DNA of 64,000 nt, taken from NCBI RefSeq assembly GCF_009914755.1, contig NC_060934.1; one strand, written 5' to 3'. The first letter of the stretch is position 1, and each line of letters opens with the position of its first letter. This document shows, piece after piece, positions 1 through 12,789 of the stretch. The translations under genes and the position numbers were made by a program. The notes beneath the pieces were generated by a model. That model saw nothing but the letters and a program-made list of their open reading frames with translations. It was not told the DNA's origin and searched no databases. The stretch is from the human T2T-CHM13v2.0 reference genome, Homo sapiens.

Positions 1-200
1 AAAATTAAAATGTTTGTTGACCTCAAATGTTTATTTACATGCTGTTGATGTTGCTGTAAGAAAAATTAACATTTTCAGTTATTAGCATGAATTTTACCAT
101 TCATTTTTCTGTTGAGCAATACAAATTGCAAATGCTGATAATTGAATATTTGCCGTGTGTATGGAATCACTGAAATCACACAAATGGTAGTTTCCGGCTC

Positions 201-240
<40 letters not shown>

Positions 241-250
241 ATTGTGTATA

Positions 251-282
<32 letters not shown>

Positions 283-300
283 CACACAGGTATATATACA
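201..300. repeat. Compound (TG)n/(TA)n microsatellite
   Basis: Visible dinucleotide runs; they explain ORFs 75..410, 176..370 and 207..449. Confidence 0.95.
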
Positions 301-328
301 ATTTTAAATACATAATTCTTACAAGAAC

Positions 329-713
329 TGTAACAAGAAAACCTGGAATTGTAAACAAACAAACAAACAAAAAAAACCTTCCTCCAAACAGGGAGGGAGC
401 TGAGAGACAAAAGAATGACTCAGAAAAGTCCAGTTTGGTGAGTAGATGAGTTTATTAGGACCTAAATACGAGGTGCTCCTGGATGGCAGCAGGACAGCTT
501 TGGGGATCTCTAAGCTGCTTTTAGGCTAATTTTCTGCTCTTTGCCTACTGTGTGTGTGTGTATGTGATGGGACTTTATCTGAGGTTGTCAGATATTCTTC
601 AAGATGTTTGGGTTCTCAGAGACACCTGCTCCTTGGATCATTGCCCAGAGTTTAGGTTTCAGGCTGCAGATATTCACCCTTAAGTAACCTTGTGGGGGAC
701 CCATCACACTACA
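329..713 (-). mobile_element. 3' LTR of the provirus (LTR32-like)
   Basis: Minus strand starts TGTAGTGTGATGGGTCCCCCACAAGGTTACTTAAGGG and ends TTACA; preceded on minus strand by purine-rich GGGGACAGGATGGAT (PPT-like, 714-728); homologous to 5348-5601. Confidence 0.85.
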
Positions 714-791
714 ATCCATCCTGTCCCCAGCTCTTACATTCTTTCTGCCAATCTTATGTGAGAGGCAATGAGCAAAGTACTAGGGGAAAAA

Positions 792-1340
792 CTACACAAG
801 TCTATAATGTATAGCCATAACTCTTACACACAGGATGCACCCCCAGTACACACAACAGCATAAAAAGCAGGATGTGACTAAAATTAAGATGCCTATTAGC
901 AAAATATAACTCCAATGAGTAGGAAAGGTGTGTAACAAATTTGAGAATGAGTCAAAGAAACTTAATCAGGCTATATCATAGATCTGAGTTGACAAATGAT
1001 GTAAAGCATCTGTGACATTATTTTCTTCATCAGGAATATAGGCACAACAGTAGTGCCAATAAGGGCACCTGCTATTGGGTCTCCATTGCATTGGTGATCA
1101 AGCCTCTGGATGGATGCAATCCACAAGGAGCCTGGGTGCATTATTGGTGCTGTTGAGTTCTGTCTAGAGAATGGCATTGTATTTATTTAAGGCATACCAC
1201 TATCATTTAATAGGAGGAGGTATACATATACCCAATAATCGGACTGATTGTTGACTGCTGCTGTAGTCACAACCCAGACAAGGAAGACATTACTTGTTGC
1301 CATACAGTTGCCATGGGTAGCAGGAACAAAAGCTTATGGG
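792..1340 (-). pseudogene. env: Decayed, internally deleted gamma-type env (SU N-terminus plus TM)
   Basis: Manual translation of minus strand: NVFLVWVVTTAAVNNQSDYWVY (CWVC motif decayed), then after a frameshift ALIGT-x-CCAYIPDEENNVT (CX6CC region), hydrophobic WSYILLIGILILVTSCFLCCC and stop at 792. Confidence 0.8.
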
Positions 1341-1879
1341 TATAAACACAGGTATCCAGTAGGGACCATCATGGGCGTATCCATTTCTTATAACATTATT
1401 ACTGCTGTATTTTTTCTCATTGGCACCACAAAGGGCCACTGTAGGCTCCAGGCCTGGCTTACAGTGCCATATACATGACTTCCCTCTTTAGGATTGGGCA
1501 TAATAACCAAATGGTAAGTTTCTAGCCTTGCCCACACTATCCCACTCTGACTGCTCCTGCAAGTATTGGTGCTGCTGCATGTTGATATCTTAAGGCTCTC
1601 AGATCACCATCAAGGAGCACAGCTCAGATCACCTACCTCTGGCAGTCCTTGTGGTGGCCTCTGGTGCCATAAAACCGACCCAGTATGGGGCCACTTTCCA
1701 GCTCAACTTCAGGTCCATACAGCCATCGCCACTTGGTAGATCCACTGGTGTTCTCAGGAGCACAGTCTGACCATCTGCTTCAGAGAATGGCTTAGAGTCT
1801 CAGAGGTAACCCTGAGAGCTTGCAGGGCCTGTTTTACAGGCCAACCATTCATAAGGAGTGATGCCATGTGTGGTAGTGA

Positions 1880-3600
1880 GTGACCCATTCAAAGATTGCA
1901 TGGCTTCATTGAGATTCTTGGTCCAGGACCTTAAAGAGCAAGCCTGGGACAGTGCATGAGAGTTGGATTTTCAACAGGGCTTTTTTTTTTTTTTTTCCCA
2001 TGAAGCCAGTACATGTTTGGGTTATATGATAAGTGGAACCTCCAGTCTGTGAAATGGAGTCTCTGATCACTTTCTATCCTTAGCATACCATACATGACAC
2101 TAAAAGTGGTAAGACACTTGATGGTATCCAGATGGGTGGCACATCTTACTGGGAAGACCTGTAGCAGCCCCAATGTTGTATCCGCTCAGGTTAGACCCAT
2201 CAGTGTACCAGGCCCTAGCAGGTATTGGCAGGGTCTCCTTATATACAGTGGTTGGCCTAGTTGATGACTCCATTTTTATGCCTGCCCCTTCCACTTGTTG
2301 AAAGTGAATAGGTCCAAGCACCTCCTGTAGTGCCCCACTTAAAAAAAAAGTGGATGAGACATCCCTTTATTGTAGGTAGATGTGCCATGTTTGCAGGATA
2401 TATGGATGTGCCACCTCAGAGGTGAGCCCAAACTCACCTTGGCTAGGAGGCCTTTCATTCACACTTTTATAGGATAGGCAGTTTTTACTGTGGCAATCTG
2501 CTTTATTTCTGGTGATAGCGTCTGTTTATTGCAATGCCCTAAATATGGTCAATAGCTGTTACTCTAGAATTGTATAATGGTATTCTCCCCCTTTCGATAA
2601 TTGAGACCAAAACTCTACATGTAAATTCCCACTGGTTGCTTTTGCCACAAACCAAAATTCATCCCTGTAGCATCTCTAGTGACTTCTGATACAAAAGGGT
2701 GCTGTGGCAGTGGTCTTCTATTGCTTACACTTGGTTTACCAACAAATGTATTTTGTCAAATGTCTCTTGTTCCATGTGTGTCCAGTCCCATTTTTATCCC
2801 TTTTTACTAGAGTGCATAATGGGCAGAGGGTTTGTGCCAAATTAGAAATGAATATCCTCCGGTATCCCAGTAAACCTAGGAAAATCTTTAGTTGCTTTAC
2901 AGTCTGAGGAACAGATTGCTGTGTTTTCTTATTAATGACACCTCTGGGTATATTACTCATCTTACTCAACCAGGTAACTCTCAGGAATTTGATTGCTATG
3001 CCAGGCCTCTATAACTTTTAGGGGTTGACTTCCCATCCCCTGTCCTTTAGGCCATACAAGGAGGTTTATAGGGCAGTCTCCAGATCTGTAAGAGACTCTA
3101 AGATTAGCGTGTTATCATTAACATCCTGAAGCAGAAAAACTGAAGCAGGTGAAGAGAGTCTAGTCAGGTCCCATGCAACTGTAGTGTGACAGATGTTGGG
3201 GCTGTGCCAGTACCCTTGTGATAGTACCTGGAATGCCCATTGTTGGTCCTCCTAAGTGAAGGCAAACTGGTTTTGTGAATCTTCTGCTAAAGAAATACTG
3301 GAAAAGCTGTTAGCCAAACAAACACAGCATGAACGATTTCCAGCTTAAGGACAACTTGCTCTAGCAGTTGAACAGTATTAGGTATAGCTGCATGTACAGA
3401 TGGCATCACTTTATTCAGCTTATGTAGTCTACCATCATTCTCCAGCTGCCATTCAGCTTCTTCACAAACCACACAGGGCTGTTGTAGAAGCTCTGGGCCG
3501 GGCTATTTGTAATTTACGTAATTCCTGGACTGTTTGGGTGATTTCGGAGTGCCCCCATGGCGGATGGTATTGTTTTGCGTTAATTGCTTGACAGAGCTAG
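1880..3600 (-). pseudogene. pol: Decayed pol: reverse transcriptase, RNase H start and integrase core
   Basis: ORF 3287..3472 LNKVMPSVHAAIP; WAFQVLSQGYWHSPNICH near 3185-3240; ORF 2736..2969 PQTVKQLKIFLGLLGYRR (thumb); ORF 2100..2321 AWYTDGS; ORF 1931..2173 IESDQRLHFT..WRFHLSYNP (IN core); many stops and frameshifts. Confidence 0.9.
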
Positions 3601-3764
3601 TGTACAGGCCTATTTGGTCCACCCCCTTTTTGTTCTTTGATTACTTTCTGAACTAATTTCTTGCTTTCATGCAGTTCACTGAGGTCCACCAATGCGTCCC
3701 TCATATCATAGATTCTATTTCCCGTTAATGGGCTCAGAAGAGCGACCAGTGCCCCATATCAAAA

Positions 3765-5300
3765 CATTTTTTTTTAATTTGGAAATGACTTAGACATTTA
3801 ATGAGGACCTAAAATAAGTTTAAGATTTTAAACTGCACAAACATTTCATCTGCAAGCATTTATTTCACTTTCATTTGCTCAATGTACTCATTTTAGCAGT
3901 TTATCTAGATGAGAACCAACACATTAAATAAAGCTAATAATTATTCCAAGTTGTTTCCATGTTAACCATTTTCATAGCTTGTGAATATCAGGTATTTGTC
4001 TAAGCAAGAAAGTTAAAGCTAAACATGTGGACATTTCTGCTGAGATTCAGAAAATTCAGCTGTTTTCATTAAACCAACATTATTGAATGAGTCTTGCTTA
4101 TCAAAAAATCACACAAAGATCACTCTGTTTTTGGCTAGGTTTACAGTCTTATAACCTTCATTTCAAACCCTGACACCTTAAAGTGTCAAAATAATTCTAA
4201 AGCTTATCCGTTCAGTCAACTCAGACAAAAATATCTGCTAACACTTATGAACACATTTCTATTTTTATTTTGCCAATAATTTTATCTCTAGCTTATTTAC
4301 AAAAGATTATTGAATTCACATGAACTTGAAAGAATTTGGACTTAGTTAATTTTAGAGCACTTATGTATTTTTCATCCAACTTGGTAGCATACTAGACACA
4401 ACACAGAATATAATACATGTGTATACACATAAACACATTAAAACATACACATCCACACACAAAGATCCAATAGCTTTTATCTCAAAATTTTAGCCATGAG
4501 AAAGTATCACAAACTCATTATTTTACAAAAGACAGCAGGATTCAAATTATTTTTGACAAAATTGGGACCTGTTCATACAGCTAAACTTTATTTGCCCTGA
4601 TAGATAGTCTAAGGAAAACTGGATTAAAATTTTGGGTAAAGCCATTTCCATGACAATTTGATAAAAAAAATAAACAAACAAACAAACAAAAAAACTTCTT
4701 TGTGTCTTTACGGTTTCTTTAGTTCCAGATGAGTTTCATTGTTTATATCTTAGTTACAACTTGCTGACCTGTATAAGAAAAACAAAATCTCCAAATAACC
4801 TTTAATTAGTTTTACTATAAACAGTTTTCTCTCAACTCCAGTAGCTTGTATGACTGCAGATTAAAAGGAGATAGAAAAGGAAATAGCTTTAGAAGACTCT
4901 ACTTAACTCTATAGGTGCACATTAACCATCTAAGCTCTGAATGTTTCTTAATGTAATTTACCCATCAGTATTAAAAAGTGTACACAAATGGGCGATAATA
5001 TGCAACCGTCTGGAGTCCTAGAAAACCTGGCATGCCTTTAAACTTCTGTGGGAGTTTCTACCCTTGCTCCCTTCCCTGCTCTAATACTTTCTCAGCAGCC
5101 AGTCTTAGTTCAACAACAGCATGTTTACTACCCTTATTGCACTTTAGCATCTAAGCTTCTTGCAATAGATTCTAAGTCCCACTTGCATTCTCTGAGTGTC
5201 CCCATACTTGTGTGGCAGCCCACAAAGGCTGAACAGTAGAGCAACTCAACCCCATATACGTGTTACTGCCCACCCCAGGATTCCCCCGACAGAGGTCCCT
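3765..5300 (-). mobile_element. MER4-group-like (class I, non-autonomous) internal/leader sequence within the provirus
   Basis: AT-rich block whose minus strand (...GGCATGCCAGGTTTTCTAGGACTCCAG...GAGTTAAGTAGAGTCTTCTAAAGCT) resembles MER4-group internal consensus as I recall it; abrupt composition change at ~3765. Confidence 0.6.
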
Positions 5301-5327
5301 TCCTGACTCATTAATTTGGTCTCTTGG

Positions 5328-5345
5328 ATCCTGTTTGTTACACCA
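5328..5345 (-). promoter_or_regulatory. Degenerate primer-binding site, tRNA-Ser-like
   Basis: Minus strand TGGTGTAACAAACAGGAT 2 nt downstream of the 5' LTR; compare PBS-Ser TGGCGTAGTCGGCAGGAT (12/18 identical). Confidence 0.55.
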
Positions 5346-5347
5346 AT

Positions 5348-5601
5348 TGTAATAAGAACAACCCAGAAACATATAAAAAATATACCATCCTCCAAACTGG
5401 GAGAAAGCCCAGAGACCCAACAACAGCTTGGAAAAGTCCAGTTTGGTGAACAGATGAGTTTTAGGACTTACATACGAGGCACTCCTGGATGGCAGCAGGA
5501 GAGCTTCAGAGATCATTACTTGGAGATGATCAGGGTTCAGGCAGGGGACATAAAATCTTAAGTAACCTTAAGTAACCTTGTGGGCGATCTGTCACACTAC
5601 A
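5348..5601 (-). mobile_element. 5' LTR of the provirus (LTR32-like, internally deleted)
   Basis: Homologous to 329-713 but ~130 bp shorter; carries a tandem TTAAGTAACC duplication near 5558-5577. Confidence 0.85.
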
Positions 5602-5970
5602 CAAGCATAGTAAAAACATTGAAGAAAATTAATTCATTTATTTTTACTTTTGATATGTGCACATTCTACCAATAATCTTATACCTCTAACTTTGGATTAC
5701 AGAGGAGTGAGAAAGGAGTGGAAAAAAAAAAAGAACTGCGTGTGGATCGAGCTGCCTTTCTCCCTTCTGTGTCATTATTTTCAGCATATGTTGGCTAATG
5801 CAAGAAATAATATGAATAAGGATGGATATAATAGAATTTCTCAGTCATTCATGTTTCTTAGAACACTAGGATTTTCTTTCTGCATTAAAATAAAATAATG
5901 GCTTGTATAGAAAGTGTGGCACATTAGGGCTGTCAGCACCCCCATTTAGTCAGTTATAGATGTAACAGAC

Positions 5971-6344
5971 TGCTATGAAATGAATTTTGTCTTCCCCTCC
6001 CCGACATTTGTATATTGAAGCCCTAATCTCTAATGTGATGGCATTTGGGGATGGGGCCTCTGGGAGATAATTTAGGTTTAGGTGAGATCATAAAGGTGAG
6101 GCCCGTGTGTTGAGATTAGTGCCTTTATAGGAAAAAAAAAAACCAAGTGCCAGAGATTTCTCTCTGTCTGACATGTGAGGACACATGGGAAGACAGCCGC
6201 TGGCAAGGTAAAAAGACAGCCCTCACCAGAATCTCCAACTTCCAGGCTCCAGGACAATGAGAAAATAAGTGTATTGTGTAATCCAATCAGTATTTTATGG
6301 TATTTTTTAATGGTACTTTTTATGGCAGCCTGAGCTGACTAGGC
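5971..6344 (+). mobile_element. MLT1A-type MaLR solo LTR
   Basis: TGCTATG start, GTATATTGAAGCCCTAATC, GATTAGTGCCTTTATA, end ATGGCAGCCTGAGCTGACTA. Confidence 0.85.
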
Positions 6345-8849
6345 TTACCTTGTTTCACTGAACTCCCAAGCATTATGGGTACACCAGGATTCTGTTCTCA
6401 TGGATCACTGCAAACACTATATGCAAGTGAGCAGCAAGAAACAGTGGATACATATATGGCACTATATTGAACATGTTAACCTTGCTCACATAATGCCCTA
6501 TTGTCCCAACAAACTTTGATTATAAAACACAAGTTCATAATAAAATTATTAAGAATTTTAAGGTACTGAGTTTAAAGCATTACACCAGTACAGGGACCAT
6601 CTGAGTGTAGGGCCTTATGTGACTGATGTATGTAGCAATGTAGGTTGCCTGCTTATAAAACAGACCCTGGTTGTAATCACTTGTATATGGAACTGAAGAA
6701 GATCATAATCTGTCTTCAAGTAACAACTGATACTAAGCTAGAACATAAATACAATTAACAAATGGCAGGGTAAAAGTTGTCTTATTATAATAAGGATAGA
6801 AATTATGGAAACCTTAGGAGGAAGTATCTTTGGAAACATTTTAATAGGGAAGTGTGACAGATTATTCTGAAAAAGATAGAAATATGTACATTGTTTGAGA
6901 AAATATTTTAAAAAATATTCTCTACACTTGCCATACTATATGGTGAAATACTGAGATCCACCTTATTGCTAATTAACTATACTTATTACACATTTATTTT
7001 TACCCAGACACCGTCTCTGACTCTAGTCATTAATTGATTTCAATCAACTAAAGATGACCTCAAAATAATAAGATTTTGGGGAAAAAGTCTCAATTCAATA
7101 TAAGGAACCATTAGGTAAATAAGATATACAGTATAAACGTTCTCTAGGGTGTTTTAATATTCTTCTAAAGCACCAGTTGAGCTGACATGTTATAACAGTA
7201 CAATATCTATATAAAATCATGTAATGTATTTTTATGCATCCATTTAATACTCACACTCACTTTCTTTCTTTTTCTGCTTCTCTGATAGCAATGTGAACTT
7301 TTACTGTTAGAGAGTCATATATTGTCCAGCTTTTTGTTTATGTGCTTCAATACTGTCCTTATTTTAACTTAGGTTCTAAATAAATACCTGTTGATAGAGT
7401 GATTTTATTTTGTTTGGTAATATTTGAAGCCTAGTCATATAAACATTAACCAGAATTTTGAAGACAGCTTTATCAATTAAATTAATTGTCCATAATTGTA
7501 TTTGCATTTGTTAATAACTATATGCTATAGCATTTATGAGATTTTATTTTCTATTGACAAAATTACGGTGACAATAACATCAAAAACAATGACAACAGTA
7601 AACACATTACAAATTGCTTTCTGCTGATCATTTGACATAAATTAAATTAGCTGTAATTTATCTAATTAAAAAGATGAAAAAAGCTCAAAGTAAAATAATA
7701 GTTTACATGAACAAGAGTTTAGGAATTAATATTTCATGAATATAAGGAAGGGTTGTAACTATTCAATGTTCTGTTAAAACCAAGTGTTATTGCCAGAATG
7801 AAGGGTGGGGAAAATAGAGATAAGAAAGCACATGTAATCCCAAACAAATCTAATAAAAAAGGGAAAATTGAAATTAAAAAGCCAGAGATAGAAGGGTCAA
7901 ACAAGTAGAATTGAACAACTGAGATACAAACCTGGAAAAGAAAAGAAATTTTACAGCTTTTCTGACCCAGCGAAAAGGGAATGATTCAGACCAGAAGCAG
8001 GCAGACTTTCAATCAATCTTTTGAGGATCAGCTTAAAAGTGAGAGAAAAAAATCAAAAATAACCTAAAAGTGGAATGATATAACTCATACAAAACTGGTT
8101 TCTTTTAATGCACTCAAAACTTTCTTTTCTGTCAATATTCTGTGATAATGGGAATGTTTTCATTCACATTTTCCATTTGGAAAATATTTTTGATCCTTTG
8201 TACATATTATTTATTCAGTGATTATGACTGTTCATTTCTTGTCATTGACCATGGGAGTAAAAATAATAGTTATATTTTAAAGGCTCTCCTGAGAACTGAG
8301 CCATGTTTTGAACAGAGCTATTTTGCAAGAATAAAAATGTAGTATCTGAAAATAACCCTTCTGTTAACTCTAAATGGTTTGGCAGTGGTTCCAGAAAAAT
8401 TTGGGCAACTCTCAAAAGATTGTCTTGGACCTTCTGAATACCTGTTATTTTTATGCTGTAACACAATCTCTACCTTCCAGCCTAGAAAAACTCTGCCTAC
8501 ACTGAAATCATTACTGCCTAATAGATCCCACTATTTGAAAGTCAATTTGGTTTTTGAGTGAATTCACTTCAACTCCTAAGTGACTGTACTAATTCAGCAC
8601 CTCTTCCTCGTCCTCACTGCAGCTCTGGGATCATTTGCCAACAATTGATCAAAAGGACCTGACAACCAAGAGTACCAAAATCCATCTAGTACCTCCCATG
8701 ACAGATTCTGCCACTTAGCACAGAATTCCACTGATCTTTAATAACAGTACACTACTGTTGCATACAGGTTTTGATTGCCATGTAAATCACCCAATAATAG
8801 AAATGTCTGTCTTCAGCACAGTAAAAAACAGAGAACTCCCTGCTTCTGC

Positions 8850-9420
8850 TTTGGATGTCCAGGAGTTTATTCTCAATATTGCAGCTAGAGTTGTCTTCTT
8901 AAAACTGAAAGCCACCCTTCTACTCCCACACCACTCACTTTTATTAAACCCTGAATTCCCATTGTGACCCAAAATATTCTACATGATCTTGTCCTCTGCC
9001 ACCTTTTTAAAACTATCTCTTCCTCATTTTATGCTTCAATCCATCCAAAGATTGTTTGATGTCCCTTGTACACATGAGCCACACTTTTAGGCTTTGCCCA
9101 CAGATGGCACAGGTGACCCATAGTCTCATGTTGCTCATCACTTTCACCATGACTCATCTTCTCCATGTGGTCGTTGGTGGTCCCCCAATCTCTAACCTAC
9201 AACAATTCCTATCCCCTTCCTTTTTTGTGTGTCCACAGTATTTATAACCATATAACATACTGTACATTTTACATCCTTATCTTATCGTCTGCCTTCACCT
9301 TCTAGAATATTATTTGCATGAAGGCTAAGATGCCTTCTCTTTTCTGTATAAAGTGTTATTAGCACCTAGAATATGTCTGTATCATAGTAGGCACACAGTA
9401 AACATTTGGTGAAAGACTAA
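8850..9420 (+). mobile_element. L2 3' remnant
   Basis: Typical L2 end AGCACCTAGAATATGTCTGTATCATAGTAGGCACACAGTAAACATTTGGTGAA. Confidence 0.7.
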
Positions 9421-9779
9421 ATTTAGAGGGATGTTTAAGTCTTTATACATATATTTTAATTCCCCCCAAAAAAAATCTATGTGAGACTACACTATTGACA
9501 GTGATCTGAAAATCTGTGATCTTTTCTCATTTAGCAGTTTTGCAAGAGATTTGCTTTGTGGACTTGAGGAAACAACACCCTCAAAGTTGCTAATAGATAA
9601 TTTAAATTATGGTAAGTAACATTTTTTATTTAATCCATGAGAAATTCCAAATTGAATCTGTTAGAATGTAAGTTATAGCAGGCTAATTAATAAATGGGAT
9701 AACTATGTTGTCCTTTTTAATAAGAAACAGCACCCCTCCATAGACCAAAAATGAAGACGCTAGAAATTCAGAAACACTA

Positions 9780-9890
9780 GTCTCCGTTCTAGTTCTGCCA
9801 TTAAATTTCTATGTGATCTGAGGTGTCTCCTTTAACTTCTCTGTGTCCCATGTTTTCTTATTAGCAATATGAAGAATAATAAGGCTGGCC
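9780..9890 (+). mobile_element. MIR remnant
   Basis: Core-like TTCTGCCATTAAATTTCTATGTGATCTGAGG...AACTTCTCTGTGTCCCATGTTTTCTTATT. Confidence 0.6.
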
Positions 9891-10391
9891 TACAGTTATT
9901 CTTTTAAAGGTGATGGTCAAAAACAGTATAAATGATAAGGGCTTATAAAATAGTGTGTTTTTTTACTTACAATATTATTTGAATTTAAAATAATTTTATT
10001 TTATTTTACATGGTATGATAGACAATTTAAAATCATGGAATTTTATCTATTAGTTTTACATAAAGCTCATGGAAATAGTTCAATAATTGGCAAAGTGGCC
10101 TGGTTCATATTTTAGCAATGTCTGCGCTGTGAGAGTTTCACACAGAAATCACTCAAGCTTTATAACCATAGCATAATCAGATGTATCTAATACTTATCCC
10201 AATAATAGAACTGCCCACTTACTGAATTAATTGAAAAGAATAAAAATGTTAAAACTCAATTTTCAGGCATGTCATTAGGTTTTTTTTTTTTTTTTCCATC
10301 AAGGAGTTGCATAGAAACAACCAGATTCACCAGCACTCAAGATGAGACCTTCAGGAAAAATACCTCTAATTAATAAATCAATAAGAGCTGC

Positions 10392-10878
10392 TGTTACAGA
10401 AATGCCAGGGGTTCATTCTAGGTCCTGCTACTCAGTACACACAATGCCAATCACTAAGTCAAAGAGTATCTCTAGATAAGAGGGCTTTAATTGGGTGCTG
10501 CAGCTGAGGAGAACAAGAGATCAGTCTCAAGTACGTCTTCTCTAACAACTAAAATGAGAGGTTCATATATCAGGAAAGAAATGTAATTACATGTGGGGAA
10601 AACAAGAATTAGGAAGTGGTAAGGAAGAGAGGAGTTGGTCAATAGCAAGCAGGTGGTTGTTTAGGCAGTAAAAACAGGTGAGCCATCTGCTGTCTCATTG
10701 TCTAGATGCAGTGATCTGGTAAGTTTCAGTTCCTTGATACTCTCTAGAAGGCCTGATAGGAACTCTAAAAAGACAAATGCAACTTTCTCAAGTTTTAAGA
10801 CTTGGAAGGTAAATTTCTATGTTTATTCAGAATGAACCATAAACATCAGCTCTATGGGACAACTGGGCTGATTTTACT
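10392..10878 (-). mobile_element. LOR1-like ERV1 solo LTR
   Basis: Minus strand CAGCCCAGTTGTCCCATAGAGCTGATGTTTATGG...GAATAAACATAGAAATT...TCTTAAAACTTGAGAAAGTT; ends TAACA. Confidence 0.75.
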
Positions 10879-11505
10879 ACAACTTAGCCCCTCGGAAAGG
10901 TTTACCTAATAAAGCAGGAACTCAGGCGGAGGGAGAAAATTTCAGAAGTCTGGTACAAACAATGGGAAAAACGGTTGAAAGGGAGAGGCAATTTTGAGTA
11001 CTTTTGTGTGCGTGTGTCACTCAGATTGTCTTCTGACCCAGTTGATAGTGACTTGTAAAAAAGGCTTGGACACAAGAAGATAAAGGAAAGGTGGTGTCAA
11101 AGAACTGTGTCTCTGGGTCTCTATTAAATGGTAGGAAAAGCACATGAAGGGGCCACACCTGATAAAGGAAGATACCTACCTTCTTAGTAACATCACATTT
11201 AGAATGGGAGCCTACATTTAGCTCTGCAAAATTCAAGAATAGCAAAGCTCCATGTCATCCTAATATACATGTCAACATATGTGAGGCCAAGCCATCTCAG
11301 TAAAAAATTATTCATAGAAAAGGAATGGATTATAGTCTATGAAGAAGTGGCAAGCCACAGGATCTGAGACAAAATGAGAGTCAAAGCCATTTGCCAGCCA
11401 TATGCATGAGATATTTCAGTTACTCCGTTTAGTCAGGAAGGGAGAATATGATTTTTCTAGCTAATTTTGATTGAGGAAGGTGAGCTAGAGTTATTACAGT
11501 TATTA

Positions 11506-11918
<413 letters not shown>

Positions 11919-12441
11919 ATGCAAACTATTAATATTATTTTAATTCTCTTATAAGGAGGACTGAAAAGGCAAAAAATAAAAATAAAAAAAGAACACTTTG
12001 GATCTTATGGGAATATGATGATGACCAGGGAAAAGGGTAAAAGATAGAGGAAAGCAAACTTCTCTTACTTGGTTTGTTCAGTAATTTGTTTATCTTTTAT
12101 GGAGTATATCAAATCACACTGTGATTTTGATGCTTCATGACTTAAAAATAAGGATCTTACAACAATACTTAAATCAATTTAGCTAGTTTTTTTAACCTTA
12201 TGCCTTGCATTTAGGATCTGAAAATAAAATGAACTTAGCTAGTTTTAAGTCCTTGTCAGAAGTTTAGTTATACCCTTCAGTTCTCTAAACTAATTATCAT
12301 AAATCATAAAATACAGCTTTTATCATGCCTGATGATTTAGCATGTATTATGATTAATGTTTGTATGTAGGAAATTATCTCAGCCTTTTAGATGAAACATT
12401 TTAGTTTTAGAAACCCATTTCTCAAGCCGTTCTTTTATATT

Positions 12442-12789
12442 TGTGCTGAAGGACTGCTGCAAACACCCATTTGTATGTTGAAGCCCTAATCCCCCATGTG
12501 ATAGTATTAAGAGGTGGGGTCTTCTGGAGGTAATTAGGTTTAGATTAAGTCATGAGGATGAGATCCTCGTGATGGGAATAGTGCCCTTATAAGAAGAGCC
12601 TGGAGAGCTTGCTCTTGCTCTCTCTCCCTCATGTGAGGATATATCAAGAAGGCAAACATCTACAAGCCAGCAAGATGGCCCTCAACAGAACCCACCATGC
12701 TGTCACCCTGATCTTAAACTTCCTAGCCTTCAAAAGTGTGAGGAATAAATTCCTATTGTCTGAGCCACCGAGTTCTATGACATTTTTTT
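12442..12789 (+). mobile_element. MLT1A0-type LTR, 5' part (interrupted by L1)
   Basis: TATGTTGAAGCCCTAATCCCCCATGTGATAGTATTAAGAGGTGGGG...AATAAATTCCTATTG; terminal part resumes at ~23787-23820 (CATTTTGTTTTATCAGCCCCAGTTGACTAAGA). Confidence 0.85.

Larger units (their letters stand above)
329..5601 (-). mobile_element. Internally deleted endogenous retrovirus with two LTRs (LTR32/HERVL32-like, class III HERV-S/ERV-L related)
   Basis: Direct-repeat LTRs 329-713 and 5348-5601 with TG...CA ends, PBS-like and PPT-like motifs, and gag/RT/RNaseH/IN/env remnants all on the minus strand. Confidence 0.9.

Noticed and set aside
75-449. ORFs of 64-111 aa
   Set aside because: Translations of TG/TA microsatellite (CVCV, HTHT, YIYI)
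5172-5561. 114-aa and 81-aa ORFs
   Set aside because: Span LTR and leader; no recognisable protein motif
8595-8760. Acceptor-like TCTTCCTCGTCCTCACTGCAG as a possible exon
   Set aside because: No convincing donor, ORF or partner exon; motif alone is insufficient
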